A stretch of DNA of 64,000 bases, from the IMG/VR virus record IMGVR_UViG_3300031963_000013; one strand, written 5' to 3'. The notes under the pieces were generated by a model. That model was given only the letters and a program-made list of their open reading frames with translations, had not been told where the DNA came from and did not search any database. Positions 8,203-15,927 of this stretch are shown here, one piece after another. This DNA is from a virus. Within the stretch, counting starts at the first letter, position 1. Every line of letters begins with the position of its first letter. The position numbers and the translations under genes were made by a program.

Positions 8203-8400
8203 ATGAGATGTAAAATTATTGACAACAGAAAAGAAGGACAACAAAGAATAATTAGTAAGTATCTTTTCATTCCTAAAAGGATTGGAGATGAACGTAGATG
8301 GTTGGAAAGAGTATCTATCAAACAAACTTTATATAGAATGTTTGACGTAACTTGTGGTTCATGTTGGTGGGAATGGAGAGATACTGAGTGGGTAGATTAA
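8203..8400 (+). CDS. hypothetical protein
   Basis: AAAAGTTATG start; KYLFIPKRIGDERRWLE motif. Confidence 0.65.
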   Translation: MRCKIIDNRKEGQQRIISKYLFIPKRIGDERRWLERVSIKQTLYRMFDVTCGSCWWEWRDTEWVD

Positions 8401-8405
8401 AACAT

Positions 8406-8512
8406 AGTCAGGTGGCGGAATTGGTGTCAATTAAGTTACTCAAAAGGTTGTAAAGCTTGAATGTGGTACATTCTGTTGCTACTTAATATAGGTTCGAATC
8501 CTGTCCTGACTA
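8406..8512 (+). ncRNA. tRNA-scaffold RNA copy 3
   Basis: Same acceptor, near-identical T arm; middle closed by ATTAAGT/ACTTAAT. Confidence 0.75.
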
Positions 8513-8540
8513 CTAAATAAATATTAAAAATCAAATAACT

Positions 8541-8765
8541 ATGGCACAACAAACAGCAGTAGAATTTTTAATAAAAGCATTTCAAGGTGCTTATGGAGAT
8601 AAAGTAATAAATGTAGTATCTGTACAAGTTGAACAAGCCAAAGAAATGGAAAAGGAACAGATAATAGATGCTTTTGGTGTTGGTTGTCAAGTTGAATCAA
8701 CAAGACTAATTGGTTATCAAGGTATGGCAGAACAATACTACAACGAAACCTTTAAATCAGAATAA
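8541..8765 (+). CDS. phage hypothetical protein
   Basis: QTAVEFL...QAKEMEKEQIIDAF motif. Confidence 0.7.
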   Translation: MAQQTAVEFLIKAFQGAYGDKVINVVSVQVEQAKEMEKEQIIDAFGVGCQVESTRLIGYQGMAEQYYNETFKSE

Positions 8766-8766
8766 G

Positions 8767-9432
8767 ATGAAAAACATTCACGTATTACCAACAGACAAAC
8801 CAACTGGTATATTTAAATCGGGTGATAATTTACTTTTTTCTATTACGGATAAAGTAAGAACAACCAATGAAGGATTTTACATCTACATCACTTCTGATGA
8901 AGAAATTAAAGAAGGGGATTGGTATTATAATTATAAAACTAATACAATTCAAAGAAGAACTGAAGGTACTAACAATGAATCTTATATAGGATTTAAAAAA
9001 ATCATTCTAACAACAGACCAAGACTTAATTAAAGATGGTGTACAAGCTATTGATGATGAGTTTTTAGAATGGTTTGTTAAGAATCCAAGTTGTGAGAGTG
9101 TTGATGTTGAGAGTAATTACAGAGTAAAATCTGGTACTATTCAAGAACATAATGAAGGTAAAGCAGGTTATGAATATTATGAGTACAAAATAATCATTCC
9201 AAAAGAAGAACCTAAACAAGAAACACTTGAAGAAGCTGAACAAAAAACACCTGATGAGTATTTACAAGTATGTAAATATTGTAGTTCTGAAGAAGTTGCA
9301 AGATGTAAATGGGTAAATGTAAATACAGAAGAAATTTATTCTGCTGATTCAGGAACTAATCTTGAATGGTGTTTTGATTGTAAAAGTGAAACTAATATAA
9401 TAGATAAAAAAGATTATGAAACTAAAATTTAG
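8767..9432 (+). CDS. phage hypothetical protein with C-terminal Zn ribbon
   Basis: MKNIHVLPTDKP...KKIILTTDQDLIKDGVQAIDDEFLEWF; CxxC...CxxC. Confidence 0.75.
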   Translation: MKNIHVLPTDKPTGIFKSGDNLLFSITDKVRTTNEGFYIYITSDEEIKEGDWYYNYKTNTIQRRTEGTNNESYIGFKKIILTTDQDLIKDGVQAIDDEFLEWFVKNPSCESVDVESNYRVKSGTIQEHNEGKAGYEYYEYKIIIPKEEPKQETLEEAEQKTPDEYLQVCKYCSSEEVARCKWVNVNTEEIYSADSGTNLEWCFDCKSETNIIDKKDYETKI

Positions 9433-9631
9433 TAGAGTTCAAGAAGTTGAAGTTCAATTAAAAAGAGAGCCAACAATTGAAGAACTAAAAATCCTTTTAG
9501 GTAAAGATGATGAAGCAACTATGTTTGATTTACCAGAAGATTTAATTGATTGGAATAGTGAAGATGTAGTAGGTGAAGATTATTCTAGTCATTGTAATAT
9601 CTATATCCCTCGTCCAGAAATAATTAATTAG
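9416..9631 (+). CDS. hypothetical protein
   Basis: 71-aa ORF. Confidence 0.6.
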   Translation: MKLKFSRVQEVEVQLKREPTIEELKILLGKDDEATMFDLPEDLIDWNSEDVVGEDYSSHCNIYIPRPEIIN

Positions 9632-9786
9632 TAAATTATGACAAAAATAGAAATTAAATTAAATGTAGTCGCTGGCTCAACAGAGCATCATAAGTTGATA
9701 GCGTTTTTGCACGACAACCTTTATGAATTTTCGTCAAAGCCCAATGGCACAAAACCCCTTGTTATGTGTCAGTTAATATTATTAAA

Positions 9787-9903
9787 ATGGTAACAATTAA
9801 AACAAAACACGGAGAGTTTAAATACAAAGATTGGCAATGGAACTTGGCTTGGTTACTGGTCTTTTTATGTGGAGTAGCTGTTGGAATTATAGGTGGTCTT
9901 TAA
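9787..9903 (+). CDS. 38-aa membrane peptide (cassette cargo)
   Basis: MVTIKTKHGEFKYKDWQWNLAWLLVFLCGVAVGIIGGL fills the first cassette body. Confidence 0.5.
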   Translation: MVTIKTKHGEFKYKDWQWNLAWLLVFLCGVAVGIIGGL

Positions 9904-10010
9904 TGGCACATAACGCTTGGCGGCTTTGCGAAGTGGGTAGAAAAGGCAGCTTTTGCCAAACCCGTGTTATGCGTTCGGGCGGTATTTGAAAACGAATTAA
10001 ATTTTAAAAT

Positions 10011-10544
10011 ATGAATAGTAAAATAATCAGCTTTGCAATAGAAGCCCACAACAAAGTAAACCACCTGTATGATGGCAAACCTTATTCCGTCCATTTGTCA
10101 ATGGTTGCACATTATGCAGTAAAGTATATTGATGCAATACCTCAACAATGCTGGGGAACTGTATTAAATGCTGCATGGTTACATGATACTATTGAAGATT
10201 GCAGACTTACTTACAATGATGTAAAAGAAGTTGCAGGGTATGAAGTTGCTGAAATCGTTTACGCTTTAACAAACGATAAGGGTAAAAACAGAAAAGAACG
10301 TGCTGGCGAAAATTATTACAAAGGTATTCGTGAAACAGCTTGGGCAAAGTATGTAAAGTTATGTGATAGGCTTGCTAATGTAAAATATTCAGTTGATACC
10401 AATTCTCGAATGTTGGAAGTTTACAGAAAAGAAAATGCAAGTTTTTTAACTGGTTTAATGTCGGGCAGTTCTGATGCCTTAATTTATAAATACCCGTTGG
10501 AAGAATTAGACACATTGCTTTATGGCGTGTCAAAGGTAGCATGA
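10011..10544 (+). CDS. HD-domain small alarmone hydrolase (RelA/SpoT hydrolase, Mesh1-like)
   Basis: FA..AH, PY..H, AAWLHDTIED, VKLCDRLAN motifs. Confidence 0.85.
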   Translation: MNSKIISFAIEAHNKVNHLYDGKPYSVHLSMVAHYAVKYIDAIPQQCWGTVLNAAWLHDTIEDCRLTYNDVKEVAGYEVAEIVYALTNDKGKNRKERAGENYYKGIRETAWAKYVKLCDRLANVKYSVDTNSRMLEVYRKENASFLTGLMSGSSDALIYKYPLEELDTLLYGVSKVA

Positions 10545-10607
10545 CCACCAACGTGGTAGCATTGTTTTTGTGCTGATATTTTTTAACTAAAAACTCAATT
10601 ACTTAAT

Positions 10608-10982
10608 ATGGATAATAGCAATTCAAAACTTGAAGGTACTTCCGAAAGCCAGCATAAGAACAATGCAATGTTACCTGCCGTTTCTGATATGGAGTATATT
10701 TTATGTGCAGCAATTTGGTTTGATGATGGTGAGCAATATGAGCATCAGCCTAAAAATATTACTACTGGGCTTGTTTTTTGCGGCTATAGACACGGATGTA
10801 TTTTTCAGCAGATAGGTGGCACGATGGGAGAAAGGAAACAGCTCGGTATTTATGAAAAGGAGCAGGGCTTTTTGACGAATAGAAATCGTTTTGTTGATAG
10901 AGAAGAGGCCGCAAAAATTGCATTACAGGCGAACCAAATTGCAGAACCATTACTTAGGCTATTCAGCGAGGATTTATACTAA
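10608..10982 (+). CDS. phage hypothetical protein (cassette cargo)
   Basis: ILCAAIWF...CGYRH...QGFLT...RFVDREEA...LFSEDLY. Confidence 0.75.
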   Translation: MDNSNSKLEGTSESQHKNNAMLPAVSDMEYILCAAIWFDDGEQYEHQPKNITTGLVFCGYRHGCIFQQIGGTMGERKQLGIYEKEQGFLTNRNRFVDREEAAKIALQANQIAEPLLRLFSEDLY

Positions 10983-11099
10983 TGTTCGCAATGGCAGTGT
11001 AACGTCAGGTATTTGTGAAGGCGGCACGAATACCCTTTAAATTAACCGCAAGTGTCCAGCCGCTTGCACAAATACCCTTGTTATAGGGCGTTTATTATT

Positions 11100-11414
11100 A
11101 TGTCAGGAGGAAGATTTGATTATACACAATATCACATCAACACTATTGCGGATAGTATTGAAAGTGAATTAGAACGTCAGGGCAAAGAAAAGCCTAAAGA
11201 CGAATTGTATTTTGATAAGGAATACTTAGAAAAATACCCAGAAGAAAAGTATTACTATATTCATCCATTAGAGGTGCAAAATGAAATGCGAAAAGCTATC
11301 AAAATACTTCGTCAGGCTTCAGTCTATGCCCAACGAGTTGATTGGTATTTGTCTGGGGATGATGGAGATGAAAACTTCTTAAAGCGTTTGAAGGCTGAAT
11401 TAAATGCCCTATAA
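11100..11414 (+). CDS. phage hypothetical protein (cassette cargo)
   Basis: MSGGRFDY...AQRVDWYLSGDDG; probable start ATG 11100. Confidence 0.75.
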   Translation: MSGGRFDYTQYHINTIADSIESELERQGKEKPKDELYFDKEYLEKYPEEKYYYIHPLEVQNEMRKAIKILRQASVYAQRVDWYLSGDDGDENFLKRLKAELNAL

Positions 11415-11482
11415 CGGATAGGTATTACTGCCGCCTGTGAATTGGCAGTGCAACAGTATTTAACAATTAAACAGTTTACAAT

Positions 11483-11695
11483 ATGCAAAACAGTACAGAA
11501 AAGAACGTCAGCACAGGTGGAAGTAATACCAATGTTATACGCCGTTTGTCACGATGGCTAAAAATTAGAATGTTAAAGACAAAGATGTATAACCTTGATT
11601 GCGATATGATGTTTTTTGCAATCCCGTTTTCGCAGTATGAAAAAGAAATGGAAGCGTACCAAAATGAATTAGAGTGCTTGTCAAATGGCGTATAA
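11483..11695 (+). CDS. hypothetical protein (cassette cargo)
   Basis: Starts inside hairpin 4 and stops at the TAAC boundary. Confidence 0.55.
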   Translation: MQNSTEKNVSTGGSNTNVIRRLSRWLKIRMLKTKMYNLDCDMMFFAIPFSQYEKEMEAYQNELECLSNGV

Positions 11696-11771
11696 CGTTT
11701 TGCAGGTTGCTTTAGTGGCGACCTTAACAGATAAACTTGATTAGAATTACAAACTTTAAATAAACAAAGAT

Positions 11772-11975
11772 ATGTCAAAAGAAAACGAAACTAAGCCATT
11801 GAAGCAACCTGATGTTAGCAGTAGTGCGGATTACGAGGGATTTTACACTCATTTAAAAGAGTATGAAGAAAATGGAATATCCACAAGTTTTAAAGACTTG
11901 GTAAGGTTGGCAAAACAATACAATTGTGAAATACCAAAAGTGGTAGATGGAAAACTTGTGTTTAAAACGATATAG
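11772..11975 (+). CDS. hypothetical protein (cassette cargo)
   Basis: Starts inside hairpin 5. Confidence 0.6.
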   Translation: MSKENETKPLKQPDVSSSADYEGFYTHLKEYEENGISTSFKDLVRLAKQYNCEIPKVVDGKLVFKTI

Positions 11976-11988
11976 CATTACTAATAAT

Positions 11989-12070
11989 GCCCCGTTGGTG
12001 AAATTGGTAGACACACCAGACTTAGGATCTGGTGCCGAAAGGTGTGAGAGTTCGAGTCTCTCATGGGGCA
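11989..12070 (+). tRNA. tRNA-Leu(UAG)
   Basis: GCCCCGT/ATGGGGC acceptor, CCAGA-CTTAGGA-TCTGG, variable arm, GAGAG-TTCGAGT-CTCTC. Confidence 0.95.
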
Positions 12071-12092
12071 CAAAACTTTAAATAAACACAAT

Positions 12093-12326
12093 ATGATGCT
12101 AGAACAAATCATTGGAATTTACGTTACGGTAGGGATAGTCGTAGCGATAATAAACGGAGCAATAAGGAACATTGAAGCAGACGCACTGTTGGGTTTTGCG
12201 TGGATAATCGTTTGGCCTCTCACCCCCATCGGGTACCTTGCAAGACTGCTGATATACGTCCATCAGGCGGTGAAGGCGTACCAACCATACAGACGTACGA
12301 AAATCTATTTCTTGAAAAGGTTTTAA
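12093..12326 (+). CDS. small membrane protein
   Basis: Two hydrophobic segments, WPL motif. Confidence 0.6.
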   Translation: MMLEQIIGIYVTVGIVVAIINGAIRNIEADALLGFAWIIVWPLTPIGYLARLLIYVHQAVKAYQPYRRTKIYFLKRF

Positions 12327-12339
12327 AGTCTGTCTTCTG

Positions 12340-12411
12340 GGTTCCATAGTTCAATGGAAAGAACGACCGCCTTCTAAGCAGTAGATCCAAGTTCGATTCT
12401 TGGTGGAACTA
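12340..12411 (+). tRNA. tRNA-Arg(UCU)
   Basis: GGTTCCA/TGGAACT acceptor, CTTCTAA loop (one C-A mismatch in stem), CCAAG-TTCGATT-CTTGG. Confidence 0.9.
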
Positions 12412-12438
12412 CTAATCGTTTACACTAAAAACTTATAT

Positions 12439-12597
12439 ATGAAATATTTTGTAGCTTTAGGTATATTAGCAATTGCAGGCCTAGTTTGGGCTTGGATAAT
12501 CGGAATAGCGGAGATGAACGATATCCACCCAGAATACAAAGGCGAAGACTTTTTGGATTGGGACGATAACAAAAACCACACCGAAGGAGAAATATAA
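12439..12597 (+). CDS. small membrane protein
   Basis: N-terminal TM, HPEYKGEDFLDW. Confidence 0.6.
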   Translation: MKYFVALGILAIAGLVWAWIIGIAEMNDIHPEYKGEDFLDWDDNKNHTEGEI

Positions 12598-12623
12598 GAT
12601 GCTACACAATAAAGTAAAAGTAT

Positions 12624-13694
12624 ATGGGACTTATGAATAACATAGACAAACAATACCAAGCATTACTTCAAGACATACTTGATAACGGTGTAAAAAAACA
12701 AGACCGTACAGGTACAGGAACGTTAAGTGTATTTGGAAGACAGATACGACACAAAATGAGCGATGGGTTTCCATTACTTACAACTAAAAAGATGTACTTC
12801 AAAGGCATTGTAACTGAGTTACTTTGGTTCCTTAGAGGTGATACAAACATCAAATACCTAGTTGATAACAATTGTCATATTTGGGATGGTGATGCTTATA
12901 AGAACTATTGTAAAAGTTTTGAACCAACAGATAGTCCGTATGATTTTAGAATTAAAGGTTTATTTGGTGGACCTCTTACACAACAGGAGTTTATCAACAA
13001 AATAAAAACAGATGATGAGTTTGCTAAGACGTGGGGTGAGTTAGGTCCAATTTACGGTAAGCAATGGAGACAATGGGAATATCAATATGGGGATGAATAT
13101 AGTGGTGGTCATCATTTACCAACATTAAAAAAACAAATAGACCAAATCCAAAATCTAATCAACGACCTTAAAACAAACCCAGACTCAAGACGATTAATGG
13201 TTAACGCTTGGAACGTAGGTGAATTAGATCAAATGGTACTTCCACCTTGTCATTATGGATTTCAAGTTTATACAAGAGAATTGAATAATCAAGAAAGATA
13301 TCATTTATTCAGAATACAGGATGAAGATATAAATCCTTATAAAACAATAAACGATACACCAACCAGAGCAATATCTTTAATGTGGAATCAACGTTCAGTA
13401 GATACATTCTTGGGCTTACCATTCAACATTGCTTCTTATGGTTTACTACTTGAAATAATTGCTAAAGAAGTTAATATGATTCCAGATGAATTGATTGGTA
13501 ACTTGGGTGATGTACATTTATATAGTAATCACATTGAGCAAGCAAAGGAACAAATTACTAGAACGCCATTTGAATTGCCTATATTGGCCATAATAAATGA
13601 TCCTAAATTAAAATTTGATGAACTTACTTTAGATAATTTTGCATTAATAAAATACCAAGCACACCCAGCAATTAAAGCACCTCTTTCTAATTAA
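12624..13694 (+). CDS. thyA: thymidylate synthase
   Basis: DRTGTGT, ELLWFL, LPPCH, QRSVD..LGLPFNIASY, DVHLY motifs. Confidence 0.97.
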   Translation: MGLMNNIDKQYQALLQDILDNGVKKQDRTGTGTLSVFGRQIRHKMSDGFPLLTTKKMYFKGIVTELLWFLRGDTNIKYLVDNNCHIWDGDAYKNYCKSFEPTDSPYDFRIKGLFGGPLTQQEFINKIKTDDEFAKTWGELGPIYGKQWRQWEYQYGDEYSGGHHLPTLKKQIDQIQNLINDLKTNPDSRRLMVNAWNVGELDQMVLPPCHYGFQVYTRELNNQERYHLFRIQDEDINPYKTINDTPTRAISLMWNQRSVDTFLGLPFNIASYGLLLEIIAKEVNMIPDELIGNLGDVHLYSNHIEQAKEQITRTPFELPILAIINDPKLKFDELTLDNFALIKYQAHPAIKAPLSN

Positions 13695-13706
13695 AAAATA
13701 ATAGTT

Positions 13707-13922
13707 ATGGCAAAGTTTTATGTAAAAGACAAGTACAGAACTAATCCGCTGTCTTTGAAACCGGGCGGACACACGGTGAGCGTTGAATTCGAAAACGGAG
13801 ACGTGTTAAGTTACAACAAGATCAAAAGCCCAAAGGCGTACATTAAATCGCTGAACAACGACGAAGTTAGGGGAAAAATAGTAAGAGTTGTAGTGGACGG
13901 CGAACCTTTACTCGATTGGTGA
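13707..13922 (+). CDS. hypothetical protein
   Basis: 71-aa ORF. Confidence 0.65.
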   Translation: MAKFYVKDKYRTNPLSLKPGGHTVSVEFENGDVLSYNKIKSPKAYIKSLNNDEVRGKIVRVVVDGEPLLDW

Positions 13923-13946
13923 TATTTATAGATAAACAGAAACAAA

Positions 13947-14366
13947 ATGGCAGATAAATTTAACTTACAGGGATACTTAAAGAAGAACGCTTTGTTAAAC
14001 GAGAATCTTGGTGCATCAATGGGAGAAGATCAAGAAAGCCTAAAAGAGGCGACTGATAATGAACTGTCTTCTTATTTAAAGGCTGCTGCTGAAAAATGTT
14101 TTGTCAAAGGGGGGAACGGTCAGAACTTATTAGACTGCTTAAGCGAAGCGGCCGCTTTCATAGGTGCATATATGACTACTAGCGCAAGAATGAGCCCAGA
14201 AGAACCTGGTTTCTATACAGATAAAACAGCTGTGGCGTTTAAGAATCTAGTTAACGCTATGGTTCAAGACGAAATTACAAACAATCATGTAAGTAAATAC
14301 GGAGCCGGTGGTGATATGGATGATGACGGCGATTACGATAATTTCATAAAATCAGTAAACAGATAA
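13947..14366 (+). CDS. putative internal head protein
   Basis: Late-type ATATTTAT motif upstream; N-terminus FNL.G.LK.N.LLNEN shared with next ORF. Confidence 0.6.
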   Translation: MADKFNLQGYLKKNALLNENLGASMGEDQESLKEATDNELSSYLKAAAEKCFVKGGNGQNLLDCLSEAAAFIGAYMTTSARMSPEEPGFYTDKTAVAFKNLVNAMVQDEITNNHVSKYGAGGDMDDDGDYDNFIKSVNR

Positions 14367-14376
14367 TAAATAAAAA

Positions 14377-15045
14377 ATGAAAGACAATTTTAACTTAACC
14401 GGGTTCTTGAAAGGGAACAAATTACTGAACGAAAACATAGGTGGATACGTAGACATTAAACCCGTAAACGAAGAAATGGGTACAGCTATGGAAGATCTTA
14501 AAAAGCCTTCTAAAGTGTACACAGACGATTGGGTACGTTCAGCTATAGAGAGCAAGTTGGGATCTTGGACGTTTGACTACGATTATATGAGCGGAGTTTA
14601 CATGTGGACCCACGACGATATAGATCCTGAAGACCTTGTTGTGTACGCGACTCCGGGTTTTGACGGAGAAGAAGGCATCGCTGGAGAGGTTAATTTGGGA
14701 TTCGGAGATAGAGTGGTAGACCAAGAAGTTTTTGGAGATGCGTCTTACCCCGATTTTGAATCTTACGCGGCAGCTGTGAAGCCCTATTTGGATAAGGTCG
14801 AAGACAAATACAACGACGGCGAATACGCAGAAGATATAGAATCAACGTACAAACGTGGTGTTAGTTTAAAAAGAGAAGAGATCGGTACAGCTATGGAAGA
14901 AGACGATACGGAGGATTTCGGTACTACAGACGATCGAATTATGGGATTGGGCGGAGACAGACTATTGGCTGCAGCTCAGTTTCTTATTGACGATGGTTTC
15001 GAGCTCGAAGATCTTATGGACTTCTTGCGCAACAAACTTGCATAA
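14377..15045 (+). CDS. acidic putative internal head protein
   Basis: Paralogous N-terminus; internal EE.GTAME repeat. Confidence 0.6.
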   Translation: MKDNFNLTGFLKGNKLLNENIGGYVDIKPVNEEMGTAMEDLKKPSKVYTDDWVRSAIESKLGSWTFDYDYMSGVYMWTHDDIDPEDLVVYATPGFDGEEGIAGEVNLGFGDRVVDQEVFGDASYPDFESYAAAVKPYLDKVEDKYNDGEYAEDIESTYKRGVSLKREEIGTAMEEDDTEDFGTTDDRIMGLGGDRLLAAAQFLIDDGFELEDLMDFLRNKLA

Positions 15046-15065
15046 CAACACAAAAATCTATACGT

Positions 15066-15094
15066 AAAAGACCCTATCTTTGGGGTCTTTTTTT
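15066..15094 (+). terminator. intrinsic terminator
   Basis: AAAAGACCC/GGGTCTTTT hairpin plus T run. Confidence 0.8.
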
Positions 15095-15162
15095 CGTTTG
15101 TACTTGAAAGATAAGCTTAGTTGTTTGAGAACTATTTGTTAATTTAGTATACAATCAAAGTT

Positions 15163-15927
15163 ATGAGACTACAAACTTCCCCGTACGAAACAAGGCAAGA
15201 AGAGTACAGAGACGATCCGTGGAAAATGTTAATGGTGTGTTTCATGCTCAACCAGACAAGCCACAAACAGGTCGACCAGGTTCGCCACGAGTTCTTTCAA
15301 AGGTATCCAAACGCAGAAGCGTTGTTAGAAGCAGAAGAATCAGAGATAGCGTCGGTGATAAAAACACTGGGCTTCTATAACCGAAGAGCAAAGGCGTGGA
15401 AGCGGTTCAGCAAACAGTGGATAGAAGCAGTAGAAGAATACGGTACTTCGGTTCCCATATCAGTTTTACAAGACATGAAAGGTGTGGGTAGGTACGCTTT
15501 AGATTCGTGGAAAGTGTTTCAATTGTTTCAGTACGACATCGAAGTTGACGATCACGTTCTAAACTGGTACGTCGATTGGGCAAGACAGGAGGTCGAGAGG
15601 TTAAAGAGGGAAAGTTCTCCGTGGAAACCGATGGTTGTGTATTACCTTCACTACAAGGACGATCGTTACTTCATAAACAATTGGAACAAATTGGGAGACT
15701 ACGTCTGCTGCGTCATGGCAAGGACAATGGGGGAGGCGATAGAAAAGACACGGAAGATCGCGTTGAACCAGAAGGGCGCAATGAACATCAAGATCATGGG
15801 AATAAGCAAAGGCAAAGAAGAGTGGGTGAACGAAGAGAGTCCATCGGTTACTAACGAAGATATCTACACTAAACACATAACAGCGTTGTTCGAAAGAATT
15901 AAAATAAAAGCAGCACAACATGGTTAA
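15163..15927 (+). CDS. HhH-GPD DNA glycosylase, MBD4-like, with C-terminal extension
   Basis: DPWKMLMVCFMLNQT, LGFYNRRAK, GVGRYALDSW, DHVLNWY. Confidence 0.85.
   Translation: MRLQTSPYETRQEEYRDDPWKMLMVCFMLNQTSHKQVDQVRHEFFQRYPNAEALLEAEESEIASVIKTLGFYNRRAKAWKRFSKQWIEAVEEYGTSVPISVLQDMKGVGRYALDSWKVFQLFQYDIEVDDHVLNWYVDWARQEVERLKRESSPWKPMVVYYLHYKDDRYFINNWNKLGDYVCCVMARTMGEAIEKTRKIALNQKGAMNIKIMGISKGKEEWVNEESPSVTNEDIYTKHITALFERIKIKAAQHG

Larger units (their letters stand above)
9745..11988 (-). mobile_element. array of attC-like sites and gene cassettes; no integrase in window
   Basis: Five complete AAC...GTT hairpins (9911-9968, 10549-10672, 11000-11082, 11412-11536, 11693-11816) plus one half-site (9745-9770); cassette-body ends are mutually complementary. 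Confidence 0.75.

Noticed and set aside
7498-8325. Minus-strand ORFs 7498-7836, 7971-8321 and 8119-8325
   Set aside because: They are antisense to tRNA-like and structured RNA and a plus-strand gene, with no recognisable protein features.
7771-8512. CRISPR array interpretation of the repeated tRNA-like ends
   Set aside because: The repeats are split tRNA arms with irregular spacing over 200 nt, and no cas genes are present in the window.
7603-8512. tmRNA or intron-containing tRNAs
   Set aside because: No G3-U70 alanine acceptor or tag ORF; the inserts are far too short for group I introns, and removing them does not restore a canonical anticodon loop.
12624-13694. dUMP/dCMP hydroxymethylase instead of thyA, or an intron in thyA
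   Set aside because: All canonical ThyA motifs including PFNIASY are present in one uninterrupted frame; the extra length comes from loop insertions.
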